Assembly: GCA_024280155.1 (NCBI GenBank)
Contig: JAJRQQ010000025.1
Coordinates: forward strand, 8,090-72,089
Length of the DNA: 64,000 nucleotides
Source: Bacteroidota bacterium
GTDB taxonomy: Bacteria; Bacteroidota; Bacteroidia; Flavobacteriales_D; Crocinitomicaceae
Direction: 5' to 3'
Position 1 is the stretch's first letter; the number at the start of each line of letters is the position of its first letter. Below are positions 41,283-50,982 of the stretch, one piece after another. The notes under the pieces were generated by a model that made no database searches, had not been told where the DNA came from, and saw nothing but the letters and a program-made list of their open reading frames with translations. Position numbers and translations under genes: made by a program.

Positions 41283-41947
41283 ATGGAAATAAAAATAGAA
41301 GACTCTTGGAAAGAAAAGTTGTTAGAAGATATTGACAAAGAGTATTTTAAGAAATTAGTTGGTTTCGTAAAAGATGAGTATACTAAAGGTTCTGTTTTAC
41401 CAAAGAAAGATCAAATTTTCAGAGCTTTTGAATTATGTCCATTTGATAAAGTTAAAGTGGTAATACTAGGGCAAGATCCTTATCCAACTTTAGGTCATGC
41501 ACATGGTCTGTGTTTTTCTTGCGATGTAACAGTTCGACCACTTCCCAAAAGCCTCAAGAATATTTTTAAAGAATATGAAAGTGATTTAGGTTTGCCTATG
41601 CCAAAGAATGGAGATTTATCAAACTGGGCGAAAGAAGGTGTTTTATTATTGAATACAGTATTAACTGTTCGAGAAGGTGAGGCAAATAGTCATGCAAATT
41701 ATGGTTGGGAAGATTTTACAGATACAGTAATTCAACAGTTAAACAAAGAAAAAAAAATATCGTTTACATTCTTTGGGGTGCTAAAGCTCAAAAGAAAGGG
41801 AAAGGTATTGATGAAGAAAGAAATTTAATCATCAATACTCCTCATCCATCACCTCTTTCCTCTTACAGAGGTTTCTTTGGAAGTCGACCTTTTTCTAAAA
41901 CAAATAAATACTTGTCAAGTAAAGGGATTGTAGAAATTGAATGGTAG
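41283..41947 (+). pseudogene. ung: uracil-DNA glycosylase (family 1), frameshifted in an A9 run
   Basis: GQDPYP...AHGLCFS lies in ORF 41283-41828 and LWGAKAQKK...HPSPLS lies in ORF 41705-41947. One extra A in run 41749-41757 reads ...QQLNKEKKNIVYILWGAKAQ. Confidence 0.88.
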
Positions 41948-42016
41948 TCTAAAATGTTGTGAAACATCCGTTATTTTAACTTCATTTCTTCCTTTATTCT
42001 TATTACATTTGTAACT

Positions 42017-43057
42017 ATGGATTTTCAAAATGATTTGATATTAAGAGCGGCTAAAGGTGAGCCAATAGAGCGTTATCCTGTTTGGTTAATGCGACAAGCA
42101 GGAAGAATACTTCCCGAATACAAAGCTGTTAGAGGAGCCTTGTCTGGTTTCAAAGAGCTGGTAGAAACTCCTGAAAGAGCTGCTGAAGTTACGATTCAAC
42201 CTGTTGATATTCTAGGAGTAGATGCAGCGATCATTTTCTCTGACATCCTCGTTGTTCCAGAAGCAATGGGTTTAGAGTATCAAATGATTGAGAAAAAAGG
42301 TCCTTGGTTTGAAAAAACGATTCGTTCAGAAGAGCAGTTGAAATATGCTAACGTTGATTTTGATGTTGAGGATAAGTTGAGTTATGTTACTGAAGCAATC
42401 AGAATAGCGAATAAAGAGTTGAACGGGAGAGTACCTTTGATTGGTTTTGCAGGTGCTCCTTGGACAATATTTTGTTACATGACAGAAGGACAAGGCTCGA
42501 AAACATTTTCAGAAGCTCGAAAAATTTTATACACAAATCCAACTTTGGCACATGAGTTGCTTAATCGAATCACGAACGTGACTATTAAGTACTTAAAAGC
42601 GCAGATTAAAGCAGGTGTACATATCGTACAAATTTTTGACTCTTGGGCAGGGATTCTAGGTGACGCTCAATACGCGGAATTTGGATTAAAATATTTGGAT
42701 AAAATTGCGAAAGAAATAACAGAAGTTCCTGTAACACTCTTTGCGAAAGGAGCCAGTAATTCAAATGTAAAATTGGCTGATATGAATTGTCAAACAATTG
42801 GAATTGATTGGAATACTGACATAGCAGAAACGAGAAAAATTGTTGGAGAAAATGTAACACTACAAGGGAATCTAGACCCGTGTGCGCTGTACTCTTCTCA
42901 CAAAGAAATTGAAGGATTAACGAATGAAATGTTGAATTCTTTCGAAAGTAAGCGACATATTGTTAATTTAGGGCACGGAGTTTATCCTGATGTTAATCCT
43001 GAAAAAGTGAAAACATTTATTGAAACAGTTAAAAATTATGAAATTAAATACAAATAA
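42017..43057 (+). CDS. hemE: uroporphyrinogen decarboxylase
   Basis: [10 protein letters not shown] signature; 346 aa. Confidence 0.93.
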   Translation: MDFQNDLILRAAKGEPIERYPVWLMRQAGRILPEYKAVRGALSGFKELVETPERAAEVTIQPVDILGVDAAIIFSDILVVPEAMGLEYQMIEKKGPWFEKTIRSEEQLKYANVDFDVEDKLSYVTEAIRIANKELNGRVPLIGFAGAPWTIFCYMTEGQGSKTFSEARKILYTNPTLAHELLNRITNVTIKYLKAQIKAGVHIVQIFDSWAGILGDAQYAEFGLKYLDKIAKEITEVPVTLFAKGASNSNVKLADMNCQTIGIDWNTDIAETRKIVGENVTLQGNLDPCALYSSHKEIEGLTNEMLNSFESKRHIVNLGHGVYPDVNPEKVKTFIETVKNYEIKYK

Positions 43058-43058
43058 C

Positions 43059-44228
43059 ATGAAAAATATAATTGCAACATTTGCTTTTAGTGTTCTGTCA
43101 GTTTTTTCTTTTGGGCAAGAAGCACAGAATTTAGTTCCAAATGGAAGTTTTGAATCAATCGATAAAAAGCCAAAACGTTTGGGGTCTATTGAAAGTGCAA
43201 CTGGATGGGTTTCGCCTACAGGAGTGAGAGCTGATTTGTTTACAAGTTCTAAAGTGCCAGACATTGACGTCCCTTTGAATATTTATGGAAAAGAAAATGC
43301 GAAAGATGGTGTGAACTACGCAGGAATTATTGCATTTTCTTATGGAGATAAAATGAAACGCTCTTATGTAATGACAAAATTAACTTCTCCATTGAAGAAG
43401 GGAATGCGTTATTGTGTGAAATTTAGTGTTTCTCTTGCAGAAGCGTCTAAATATGCTTCAAATAACATGGGGATGTTGCTTACAAAAAAGCCATTAGGTA
43501 CAGATGCTAAAACTTCTATTATTGAAGACCCTAGTTTATTACATTTTGACAATGATCAAAAAATGATGACTGCTCGTTACAATTGGACAGAAATTTGTGG
43601 TGTTTTCGAAGCGAAAGGTGGAGAAAGGTATGTTACGTTAGGAAATTTTCATTCAAATGAAGACACGAAGTCAACAAGAATGAAGAAAGATCCGAAGGTT
43701 AAAGCAAAGGTTATTATTGCTGCATATTATTATTTAGATAATATCTCAGTTACTTTATTGAGTGATAATCAGCAGTGTGACTGTATGGCAGATGAAGGGA
43801 ATGATGCGTATTCAACTTTGATTTACCAAAAGATATTTCCGATTACAGAAGAAATGACAAGTAAAGAAAAAGTTGAGACACAGCAAGTTTTCTTCGCTTT
43901 TGGAAAAGCTAAATTATCAACTCAAGGTAAAACTTCATTGGACGTTGTTGCAGAGGAGATGTTAGCGAATCCTTCTAGAAAACTTCAAGTGATGGGATAT
44001 AACAATGAAATGGAAGATTCTGTAGCAATCACAAATGATTATTATGCAGACATGGATGCAAAACGTGTCGGATCAGTGATTAACTACCTTGTTGCTAAAG
44101 GAATCGATAAATCGAGATTTATTCCAGCACCAAAAGGAAGCGGGAATTAAAACATTCACATTGTTGAATCTGATGACGCAGAATTAAAAATGGCTAAAAA
44201 CAGATATGTTGCTTTCAAAGTGAGATAG
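43059..44228 (+). pseudogene. OmpA-family protein (N-terminal beta-sandwich-like domain + OmpA C-terminal domain) with in-frame TAA
   Basis: ATG at 43059 gives signal peptide MKNIIATFAFSVLSVFSFGQ. The ORF stops at TAA 44148-44150, but the same frame continues NIHIVESDDAELKMAKNRYVAFKVR-TAG, a canonical NRRVEF-type OmpA domain end. The terminator follows at 44248. Confidence 0.7.
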
Positions 44229-44247
44229 TTTATTCAAATTGTAAAGG

Positions 44248-44281
44248 AAGAGGGTGTCAGTTTTGATGACCTCTTTTTTTT
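44248..44281 (+). terminator. intrinsic terminator after the extended OmpA-family frame
   Basis: aagagg...cctctt stem with an internal mismatch block, followed by T8+. Confidence 0.55.
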
Positions 44282-44356
44282 GATTTAAACTTTTTTTAAA
44301 CGGAACTCTGCCGTGTACGATTTTAATAGTAGCTTTGCACAAAATTTTAGGAATAG

Positions 44357-44803
44357 ATGAAACGAGTAAATGAATATAGGAAATTGTTTAGTGTTGATGC
44401 ACAAACAGATTTGAAGCAGTTGAAAAAAACATACAGGAATCTTGTGAAAGAGTGGCATCCTGATAAATTTCAAGAAGAGGATGAGAAAATGGAGGAAGCG
44501 AAAGAGGTTAGTCTAAAGATTATCGATGCTTATCATTTTCTAGTTAGTATTGCTCCAGAAACGAAAGAAGCCAATAAAGAAGCTTACAATAAAACGATTT
44601 CAGAATCGGGAATAGATGATTTTAAACATAAAGGACAGAAGTTAGAGATTACCTATTTAGATGGAACGACTTATGAATATTTTGGTGTTTCACCAAAAAT
44701 CTTCTCAAGACTAGTGAATGCGAATAACCCTTATCGTTATTCGAAAAGAAATATTGCCAATTCATTCTTGTATAGGAAGTCAAAGAAAGAGACTGAAGAA
44801 TAA
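44357..44803 (+). CDS. J-domain protein fused to a KTSC domain
   Basis: J domain LKKTYRNLVKEWHPDKF. The C-terminus LEITYLDGTTYEYFGVSPKIFSRLVNA resembles the KTSC domain. Confidence 0.65.
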   Translation: MKRVNEYRKLFSVDAQTDLKQLKKTYRNLVKEWHPDKFQEEDEKMEEAKEVSLKIIDAYHFLVSIAPETKEANKEAYNKTISESGIDDFKHKGQKLEITYLDGTTYEYFGVSPKIFSRLVNANNPYRYSKRNIANSFLYRKSKKETEE

Positions 44804-44850
44804 AACTTTGAGTTAGTTAATACGTTAGCTAACTCAAAAGTATTTCACAT

Positions 44851-44887
44851 AAAAAAGCCTGCTTATCATTGATAAGCAGGCTTTTTA
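44851..44887. terminator. bidirectional intrinsic terminator
   Basis: A6-gcctgcttatc-att-gataagcaggc-T5, between convergent genes. Confidence 0.85.
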
Positions 44888-44901
44888 ATAAAGTACAAAT
44901 A

Positions 44902-45093
44902 TTAAACAACTTTTACGTCAACCGCATTAAGTCCTTTTTTACCTTCTTTTAATTCGAATTCTACTTCGTCACCTTCTTTAATCTCATCGATTAATCCTGT
45001 AACGTGTACAAAATGTTCTTTTCCTGATTCATCTTCAACTATAAAACCAAATCCTTTTGATTCGTTGAAGAACTTTACTGTTCCTTTGCTCAT
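44902..45093 (-). CDS. cold-shock protein (CspA family)
   Basis: ATG at 45093 gives MSKGTVKFFNESKGFGFI (RNP1) and FVHV (RNP2); 63 aa. Confidence 0.93.
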   Translation of the reverse strand: MSKGTVKFFNESKGFGFIVEDESGKEHFVHVTGLIDEIKEGDEVEFELKEGKKGLNAVDVKVV

Positions 45094-45208
45094 TGTAATA
45101 TAATAAATAATTAAGTGCCAAAGATACTCTATATTTTTACAAACAAGCACTTTTTTTAATTTAATTTAATTTTTTCTTAATTCTGTGTTATCTGAATCAG
45201 ATCTACAT

Positions 45209-45216
45209 TACCTTTG
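45209..45216 (+). promoter_or_regulatory. putative Bacteroidota -7 promoter box (TAnnTTTG)
   Basis: TACCTTTG lies 19 nt upstream of the DEAD-box ATG. Confidence 0.3.
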
Positions 45217-45234
45217 TACTATATATTTTAAACT

Positions 45235-46344
45235 ATGAATTTTACAGATTTAGGCATACGAGGAGATTTTGTCAAGGCATTAACAGAAATGAATATTGTC
45301 GACCCTTCCGATATTCAACAAAAAATGATTCCATTATTAATGAATGGACAAACTGATGTTGTAGGGCAGGCTCAAACAGGAACAGGAAAGACTGCAGCTT
45401 TTGGATTGCCTATGCTTGAAAAAGTCGATAGTAATAATGACGTAGTTCAAGGTTTAATTCTTTGCCCTACCAGAGAGTTGGGTAAACAAGTTGCTAAGCA
45501 GCTGTTTAGATATACAAAGTATTCGGAGAAAATATTCATCGAGGCCGTTTATGGTGGTGAGCATATTGAAAAACAAATTTCTAAATTATCTAGACCAACA
45601 CATATTGTTGTAGCAACTCCTGGTCGATTAATTGATCTTGTGAATAAAAAAGCGGTTGATTTATCACATGTAAAAACCGTAATACTTGATGAGGCAGATG
45701 AAATGCTGAGTATGGGATTCAAAAAATAACTGGATGAGATTCTTGGTTTTTTACCTAAAGTAGAAAACAAATGGCTTTTTTCTGCAACAATTCCTCATGG
45801 AATTAAAGACATAATCAATCAACACATGTCTTCAGATGCTATTCATGTTAAAATTAATCCTGATAATGTTGTCAACAAGAAAATTGATCATCAATACATA
45901 GTTTGCGAGGAGGATGCTAAATTGTTTATTCTTCAAGAATTCCTAAAACATCAGCACAAGAATAGGGGAGTGATTTTTTGTAAAACAAAAGCTGCAACGA
46001 AAAAATTAGCAAAACAATTAATTTCAAAGAATGTTTTAGCTGATGCAATTCATGGAGATTTACTCCAAAAAGAACGAGATAAAGTGATGCGTGCTTTTAA
46101 AGGGAAGAAATTACAAATTTTAGTTTCTACAGATGTTGCTGCTCGTGGTATTGATGTAGAAGGTTTGACTTATGTAGTACATTATCAATTGCCAGAAAGT
46201 GATGAGTATTATTTACATCGTTCTGGACGTACTGCAAGAGCAGGAAAAGAAGGAGTTTCTTTAGCACTGATTAACACAAAAGAAGTTAAAACGATTCGTA
46301 ATTATGAAAGAACATTAGGAATTGGCTTTAAACAGGTTCGATAG
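45235..46344 (+). pseudogene. DEAD-box ATP-dependent RNA helicase with in-frame TAA
   Basis: Q motif, AQTGTGKT, PTRELG and DEADEMLSMGFKK, then TAA (45727-45729). The same frame continues LDEILGFLPKVENKWLFSATIP (motif III SAT) into ORF 45826-46344 (HRSGRTARAG). Confidence 0.88.
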
Positions 46345-46368
46345 TAGTATTTTTAGAGTATTCTATAA

Positions 46369-46403
46369 CAAAAAACAGTCAACAATAATGTTGACTGTTT
46401 TTT
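46369..46403. terminator. bidirectional intrinsic terminator
   Basis: A-run-acagtcaaca-ataa-tgttgactgt-T-run. Confidence 0.85.
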
Positions 46404-46431
46404 GTTTACACTAAAAATTAATAAATAAAGA

Positions 46432-47745
46432 CTATTGTTTAATTAGCCTTAAACTAGAAGTGACTAAACTTTTTTCTTCAAGGATATTCATAAAGTAAAT
46501 TCCAGGTTTTAATTCTGCAGTTTCGATATTTATACTATTTGCACCTTGAGCTAAAACAACTTCTTGTTCAATTATTGTTTTCCCTTCAATAGATACAACA
46601 CTGATAGAAATATTTACAGGTTCTTGTGTCTCTACTTCAATAATTGAATTTCCGTAAGTTGGATTTGGGTATATTTCGAAAGAAACTATTTCCGAAGGAA
46701 CTGTATTTATACCTGCGTTGCTAACTTGACGTTTGATTATTTTTCCATTGTCACCAACAGCAATACCCGTATTTTCATCAATGAAAAATGATGCGCGAAG
46801 CATTTCTGTAGTACCAGTACTTTCACTAATCCAAGTAGCTCCTCCATCAATTGTTTTGAAAACAGTACTCATAGAACTTGTACCTCCAACACCATAGCCG
46901 ATGTTAGCATCAATGAAATCAATGTTGTAAATACTGCCTAGATAATTGGGGATAGTATTCTCCGTCCAACTATTTCCACCGTCAATTGTTTTTTTGATGT
47001 ATACGGAATCAATTCCAGAGTAAGTTGCTCTAGAAGAATAACCAATTGAAGGAGAGGCAAAATCAGTTGAAAATACCCAGAAGCCAGCGCTGTTTGAAAT
47101 TAATGAAGGATTAAATGTTGATCCTGCATCAGTTGTTTGCATCCATGTCATTGATCCTGGGTTAATGTTTCCGAAAACAGATTCATATAAGCCAAAAAAA
47201 CCTGTGTTAGCATCTAAGAAATAAAGCCCTCCTAGTGTTGCGTCATAATAAGACGGTCCAGTCGCAGTCCATGTCGCACCAGCATCGGTAGATTTCCATA
47301 AATAAGATGTTGTAGATTCTGCACCGCCACTAGCAAAAAGAGTGTTAGCATCTAGCACAAAAAGGTCTCGAATGGGGTCTGGATTTCCGGAGAATAAACT
47401 AGTCCAAGTTACACCTCCATCAATTGTTTTTAGAATCACACCATTTCCAGAAGGGTTTGATTGTGGATCTGTTTCGCCTACAACATATCCAATATTTTCA
47501 CTCGTAAAATGAACATCCCAAAACCAATACCCTGCGTAGGAAGTTGTCATTTCTGTCCAACTAACTCCTTGGTCAGTTGTTTTTAAAATTGTTCCATTAT
47601 CACCAACTGCATAGCCAGTTGTTGAGGTCGGAAAATGAAGACCTTTTAAATTACTCGACGAGCCACTATTCATTGTTGACCAGTTTTGTGCAGTTGAAAT
47701 CGAAAGGATAAGTGCTGCAATGAGGGTTAATGTGAATTTTTTCAT
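46432..47745 (-). CDS. BNR/Asp-box (Ycf48/sortilin-like) repeat protein with T9SS type A sorting domain
   Basis: Six S/T-x-D-x-G-x-(T/S)-W boxes (TDQGVSWTE, TIDGGVTWTS, STDAGATWTA, TIDGGNSWTE, TIDGGATWIS...) and C-terminus FEIYPNPTYGNS...GIYFMNIL...LRLIKQ. Confidence 0.8.
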   Translation of the reverse strand: MKKFTLTLIAALILSISTAQNWSTMNSGSSSNLKGLHFPTSTTGYAVGDNGTILKTTDQGVSWTEMTTSYAGYWFWDVHFTSENIGYVVGETDPQSNPSGNGVILKTIDGGVTWTSLFSGNPDPIRDLFVLDANTLFASGGAESTTSYLWKSTDAGATWTATGPSYYDATLGGLYFLDANTGFFGLYESVFGNINPGSMTWMQTTDAGSTFNPSLISNSAGFWVFSTDFASPSIGYSSRATYSGIDSVYIKKTIDGGNSWTENTIPNYLGSIYNIDFIDANIGYGVGGTSSMSTVFKTIDGGATWISESTGTTEMLRASFFIDENTGIAVGDNGKIIKRQVSNAGINTVPSEIVSFEIYPNPTYGNSIIEVETQEPVNISISVVSIEGKTIIEQEVVLAQGANSINIETAELKPGIYFMNILEEKSLVTSSLRLIKQ

Positions 47746-48001
47746 AATTTTTATTTAAGTTCAAATATTCTATAACTAATTACGATTCTCCATTATAAAC
47801 AGTTGTTCAGGTATAGCAATTTTACAAAAGGAGATATTCAAGTGCATAGTTTGACGTGTAATCTGTGTATTTAACTTATTCAAAATGTGATTTTGTCGAA
47901 TTAATTCGATAGTTCAGCACTTCAATACTTCAGTATAACACTTGTAGAATCAGTAGTTGAGCTGACTCCTTTGAGTTTATGTTATATTGAGTTTGTCGAA
48001 A

Positions 48002-49006
48002 CTACTCGCAAATTCGTCCTTTACTATTTCCACTCTTATATTGTTCATCCAATTGATGTAATTCTTCAACCAATTCTTCAGAAGGTGGAGTGTGTTGTAA
48101 TTTCATTAAATCCGGCTGACCTGCATCTACCCATGCAGTGTACCAAACAGAACCGACTGTTGCAATAGCTGAACGTAGCCTTCTTTCAACCATTCCATTC
48201 ATTCTGCGGTGGTATTCTTGAGAAAAATCGTATGAATAAACACGAATCGTTGTCGCACCACGTTGTTCGTAACTGTACTTCTTATCAGGTCCTATATCTT
48301 TGGTAACATCAATTTCCATTTGAAAAACAGAGTCTAGCGCATAATGCGAACCTTGAACAACTTCCCACATTTTGTCTTGTAAACGATCAACATACTCAGC
48401 TTTCCCGACAAAATAATCATAGTTGGCATAATTGATTTCAACCAAACGACTTTCCCATAAACCATGAATTCCTTTTTGATTAGTGAGTTGTCCATTGTAA
48501 TTCTCAGTAGTATGGAGTGGAACGTGTGCGTCACCAATGTAATGACCAATATCAGCAGAATATTTAAGAATTAAATCGACATTCTTATGTTCAAACGCTC
48601 GCTGCAAACGATATTTCATCACAATAACATGCCATGGAACAATACCGTATGCTTGTAAAGTGTCTTCGGAGAATTTTGCTACAGCATCTTTCCATCTTCT
48701 TGGAACAATATCGAAAGGATCTTCCCCATGTTCAGCATAGTGATCGATGTCTATGTAATGGCGTTGTGCTTCGCCATCTACCGCATATCTTCTCTTGTCA
48801 GGATCAACAGCATGTTCCGTTAAATATTCGATATGATCTTTGTAAAAACCAAACATTTCTGGAGGTAAAGTAAAGGTAGCAATACGATTGATGCGTTTAT
48901 GACCAAAGAATCCCCATTTCACTTTTGTAACATCTTTCCCTCCGAAACCTAAAAATAAAGGAGTTAAAAGAATTAAAAATGTTTTATAATTTAACCAGTT
49001 TGCCAT
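48002..49006 (-). CDS. zinc-dependent phospholipase C / S1-P1 nuclease-like family protein
   Basis: N-terminal WGFFGHKRINRIATFTLPPEM and several His/Asp clusters (HYIDIDHY, GDAHVPLHTTENY). The family name is recalled, not searched. Confidence 0.55.
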   Translation of the reverse strand: MANWLNYKTFLILLTPLFLGFGGKDVTKVKWGFFGHKRINRIATFTLPPEMFGFYKDHIEYLTEHAVDPDKRRYAVDGEAQRHYIDIDHYAEHGEDPFDIVPRRWKDAVAKFSEDTLQAYGIVPWHVIVMKYRLQRAFEHKNVDLILKYSADIGHYIGDAHVPLHTTENYNGQLTNQKGIHGLWESRLVEINYANYDYFVGKAEYVDRLQDKMWEVVQGSHYALDSVFQMEIDVTKDIGPDKKYSYEQRGATTIRVYSYDFSQEYHRRMNGMVERRLRSAIATVGSVWYTAWVDAGQPDLMKLQHTPPSEELVEELHQLDEQYKSGNSKGRICE

Positions 49007-49702
49007 CTTTTAGAATTGGAATTACTGTTGTTTTGTTTGGAGTTAAGCAATATTTGATATCTTCATTCAAGTTTAAATTCTTTAAACGTCTTCTGTGAGA
49101 ACTTGATTTTAAATATCCCAAAGGATTATCCCAAGCTGAAAGATACAAATATTTTGCGGCAATCGAAGAATCTTCATTCGAAGTGAAATCTCCGGTGTGA
49201 ATTAATTGATCACATATTGCTCCCGCACAAATAGTGTCTTCAAGGTTAAATTTATCTTGCCAACCTGAACAAAGGCAGAGTATATTTTTGTCTTGAACTT
49301 TTAGCCAATCACATAAGGCATCAATGTTATTTAATGCACCTACAACAACCGTTGGAGCGTCAGAAGCAATACTCAATGCTTTCGTTCCGTTTGTAGTGGA
49401 TAAAACGACTTCTTTTCCTTTTAGTTCTTCTTTCATGTATGAATAAGGAGAATTTCCAAAATCAAATCCCTCGACAATTTGTCCTTTTCGTTCTGCACCT
49501 ACGAGATAACCTTTTTTTGGTATTCTCGAGCTTCATCTATCGTTGCTACAGGAATAATGGATTTTATCCCATTCTGAAACGCAGCACAAATTGCAGATGT
49601 TGCACGTAAAACGTCAATCACAACAACGATATCATATTCTCCTTTAAAATATTCGTATTCACCGGGTGTGAAACATACCTCAACACGTTTTCTTTCTTCC
49701 AT
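48984..49702 (-). pseudogene. 2-phosphosulfolactate phosphatase (ComB) family protein, frameshifted in an A7 run
   Basis: ORF 49499-49702 (VVIDVLRATS) and ORF 48984-49436 (STTNGTKA) are collinear. One extra A in the coding run (plus T run 49512-49518) reads EYQKKGYLVGAERKGQIVEGFDFGNSPYSYMKEELKG. Confidence 0.8.
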
Positions 49703-49726
49703 TTTGTATTATTGAATGATGATTTT

Positions 49727-50383
49727 CTATTGATTTCCCTTTTTGAAGTCTGCTAAAAATTGCTCTAAACCTGAAGTTGTTAAGGGATGACTAGCCAAAG
49801 CTTTGATCGCTTTTAATGGACCTGTCATAACATCAGAACCAATTTCAGCACAATGAATAATGTGCATTGGGTGACGAACAGAAGCTGCTAAAATTTGAGT
49901 ATCGAAAGCGTAATTGTCATAGATTGTTCTAATTTGAGCAACTAAATCCAATCCATTTGCTGAAATGTCATCTAGACGACCTAAAAATGGAGAAATATAT
50001 GTTGCACCAGCTTTTGCCGCAAGTAATGCTTGTCCAGCCGAGAATATCAAAGTGCAATTTGTTTTTATTCCTTTTTTAGAGAAATATTTGATGGCTTTGA
50101 TTCCGTCTAAAACCATTGGTACTTTAACCACAATATTTTTATGTAAGGTAGCGAGGTAAGTTCCTTCTTTTACGATTCCTTCAAAATCAGTAGCGTTAAC
50201 TTCTGCACTAACTGGACCATCAACGATATTACAAATTGAAATGTAATGGTTCATGATGTTTTCTTCTCCAGTAATTCCTTCTTTTGCCATCAAAGAGGGG
50301 TTAGTCGTAACACCGTCAAGAATTCCTAAATCATTCGCTTCTTTAATTTCGTCTAGGTTAGCAGTATCTATAAAAAATTGCAT
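49727..50383 (-). CDS. fsa: fructose-6-phosphate aldolase / type 3B transaldolase
   Basis: MQFFIDTANLDEIKEANDLGILDGVTTNPSL and the Schiff-base Lys region VVKVP; 218 aa. Confidence 0.9.
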   Translation of the reverse strand: MQFFIDTANLDEIKEANDLGILDGVTTNPSLMAKEGITGEENIMNHYISICNIVDGPVSAEVNATDFEGIVKEGTYLATLHKNIVVKVPMVLDGIKAIKYFSKKGIKTNCTLIFSAGQALLAAKAGATYISPFLGRLDDISANGLDLVAQIRTIYDNYAFDTQILAASVRHPMHIIHCAEIGSDVMTGPLKAIKALASHPLTTSGLEQFLADFKKGNQ

Positions 50384-50465
50384 AGTTGATTTGTTTATTT
50401 ATTGTAAAGTTAGCAAGTTTCTGAAATAATTTATTTTTCAAGTAATAATATTGTCATTCTGCTAC

Positions 50466-50497
50466 AAAAAAAAAGGTTCTCCAAGTGGAAAACCTTT
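50466..50497 (-). terminator. intrinsic terminator of the ferredoxin gene
   Basis: On the minus strand, aaggttttcca-ct-tggagaacctt (one mismatch) is followed by T9. Confidence 0.7.
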
Positions 50498-50519
50498 TCG
50501 GTATATTATGAATTAATTA

Positions 50520-50870
50520 TTAATCAACGTGCATGAAATCTTTCTTTGCTAATAGTTCATCCTCTGATTCTCTTAAGTCTTCATCATCGATACAGCAATC
50601 TACTGGACAAACTGCGGCACATTGAGGTTCATCGTGAAAACCAACACATTCTGTACATTTGTCAGGAACGATGTAATAAACGTCCATGTCAACAGGTTCA
50701 TGATCATCATCCGCAACAACTTCTTCTCCATTTAAAGTAGTAATCATTCCTTTTAGAGTGGTACCGTCAGAATATTTCCATTCTGCACCACCTTCGTAGA
50801 TTGCATTATTTGGACACTCAGGTTCACAAGCTCCACAATTTATACATTCATCTGTGATTATAATTGCCAT
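50520..50870 (-). CDS. 4Fe-4S dicluster ferredoxin
   Basis: [12 protein letters not shown] and [22 protein letters not shown]. Confidence 0.9.
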   Translation of the reverse strand: MAIIITDECINCGACEPECPNNAIYEGGAEWKYSDGTTLKGMITTLNGEEVVADDDHEPVDMDVYYIVPDKCTECVGFHDEPQCAAVCPVDCCIDDEDLRESEDELLAKKDFMHVD

Positions 50871-50982
50871 TTCTTTTCAAATTTGAGTGCAAATATACGT
50901 AGACTTATGCTTTTATTGAATTCTTTTTGAAAAAAATAGCATAAGAATAGGAAATTGATGACTCAAAAGATAATTTTACACC

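Noticed and set aside
50958-50982. Upstream ATG (MTQKIILH...) as the true start of the acyl-CoA reductase via another frameshift
   Set aside because: It is out of frame by one base in the direction that would need a two-base insertion or a one-base removal, unlike every other lesion. The GTG at 50983 is an adequate start.
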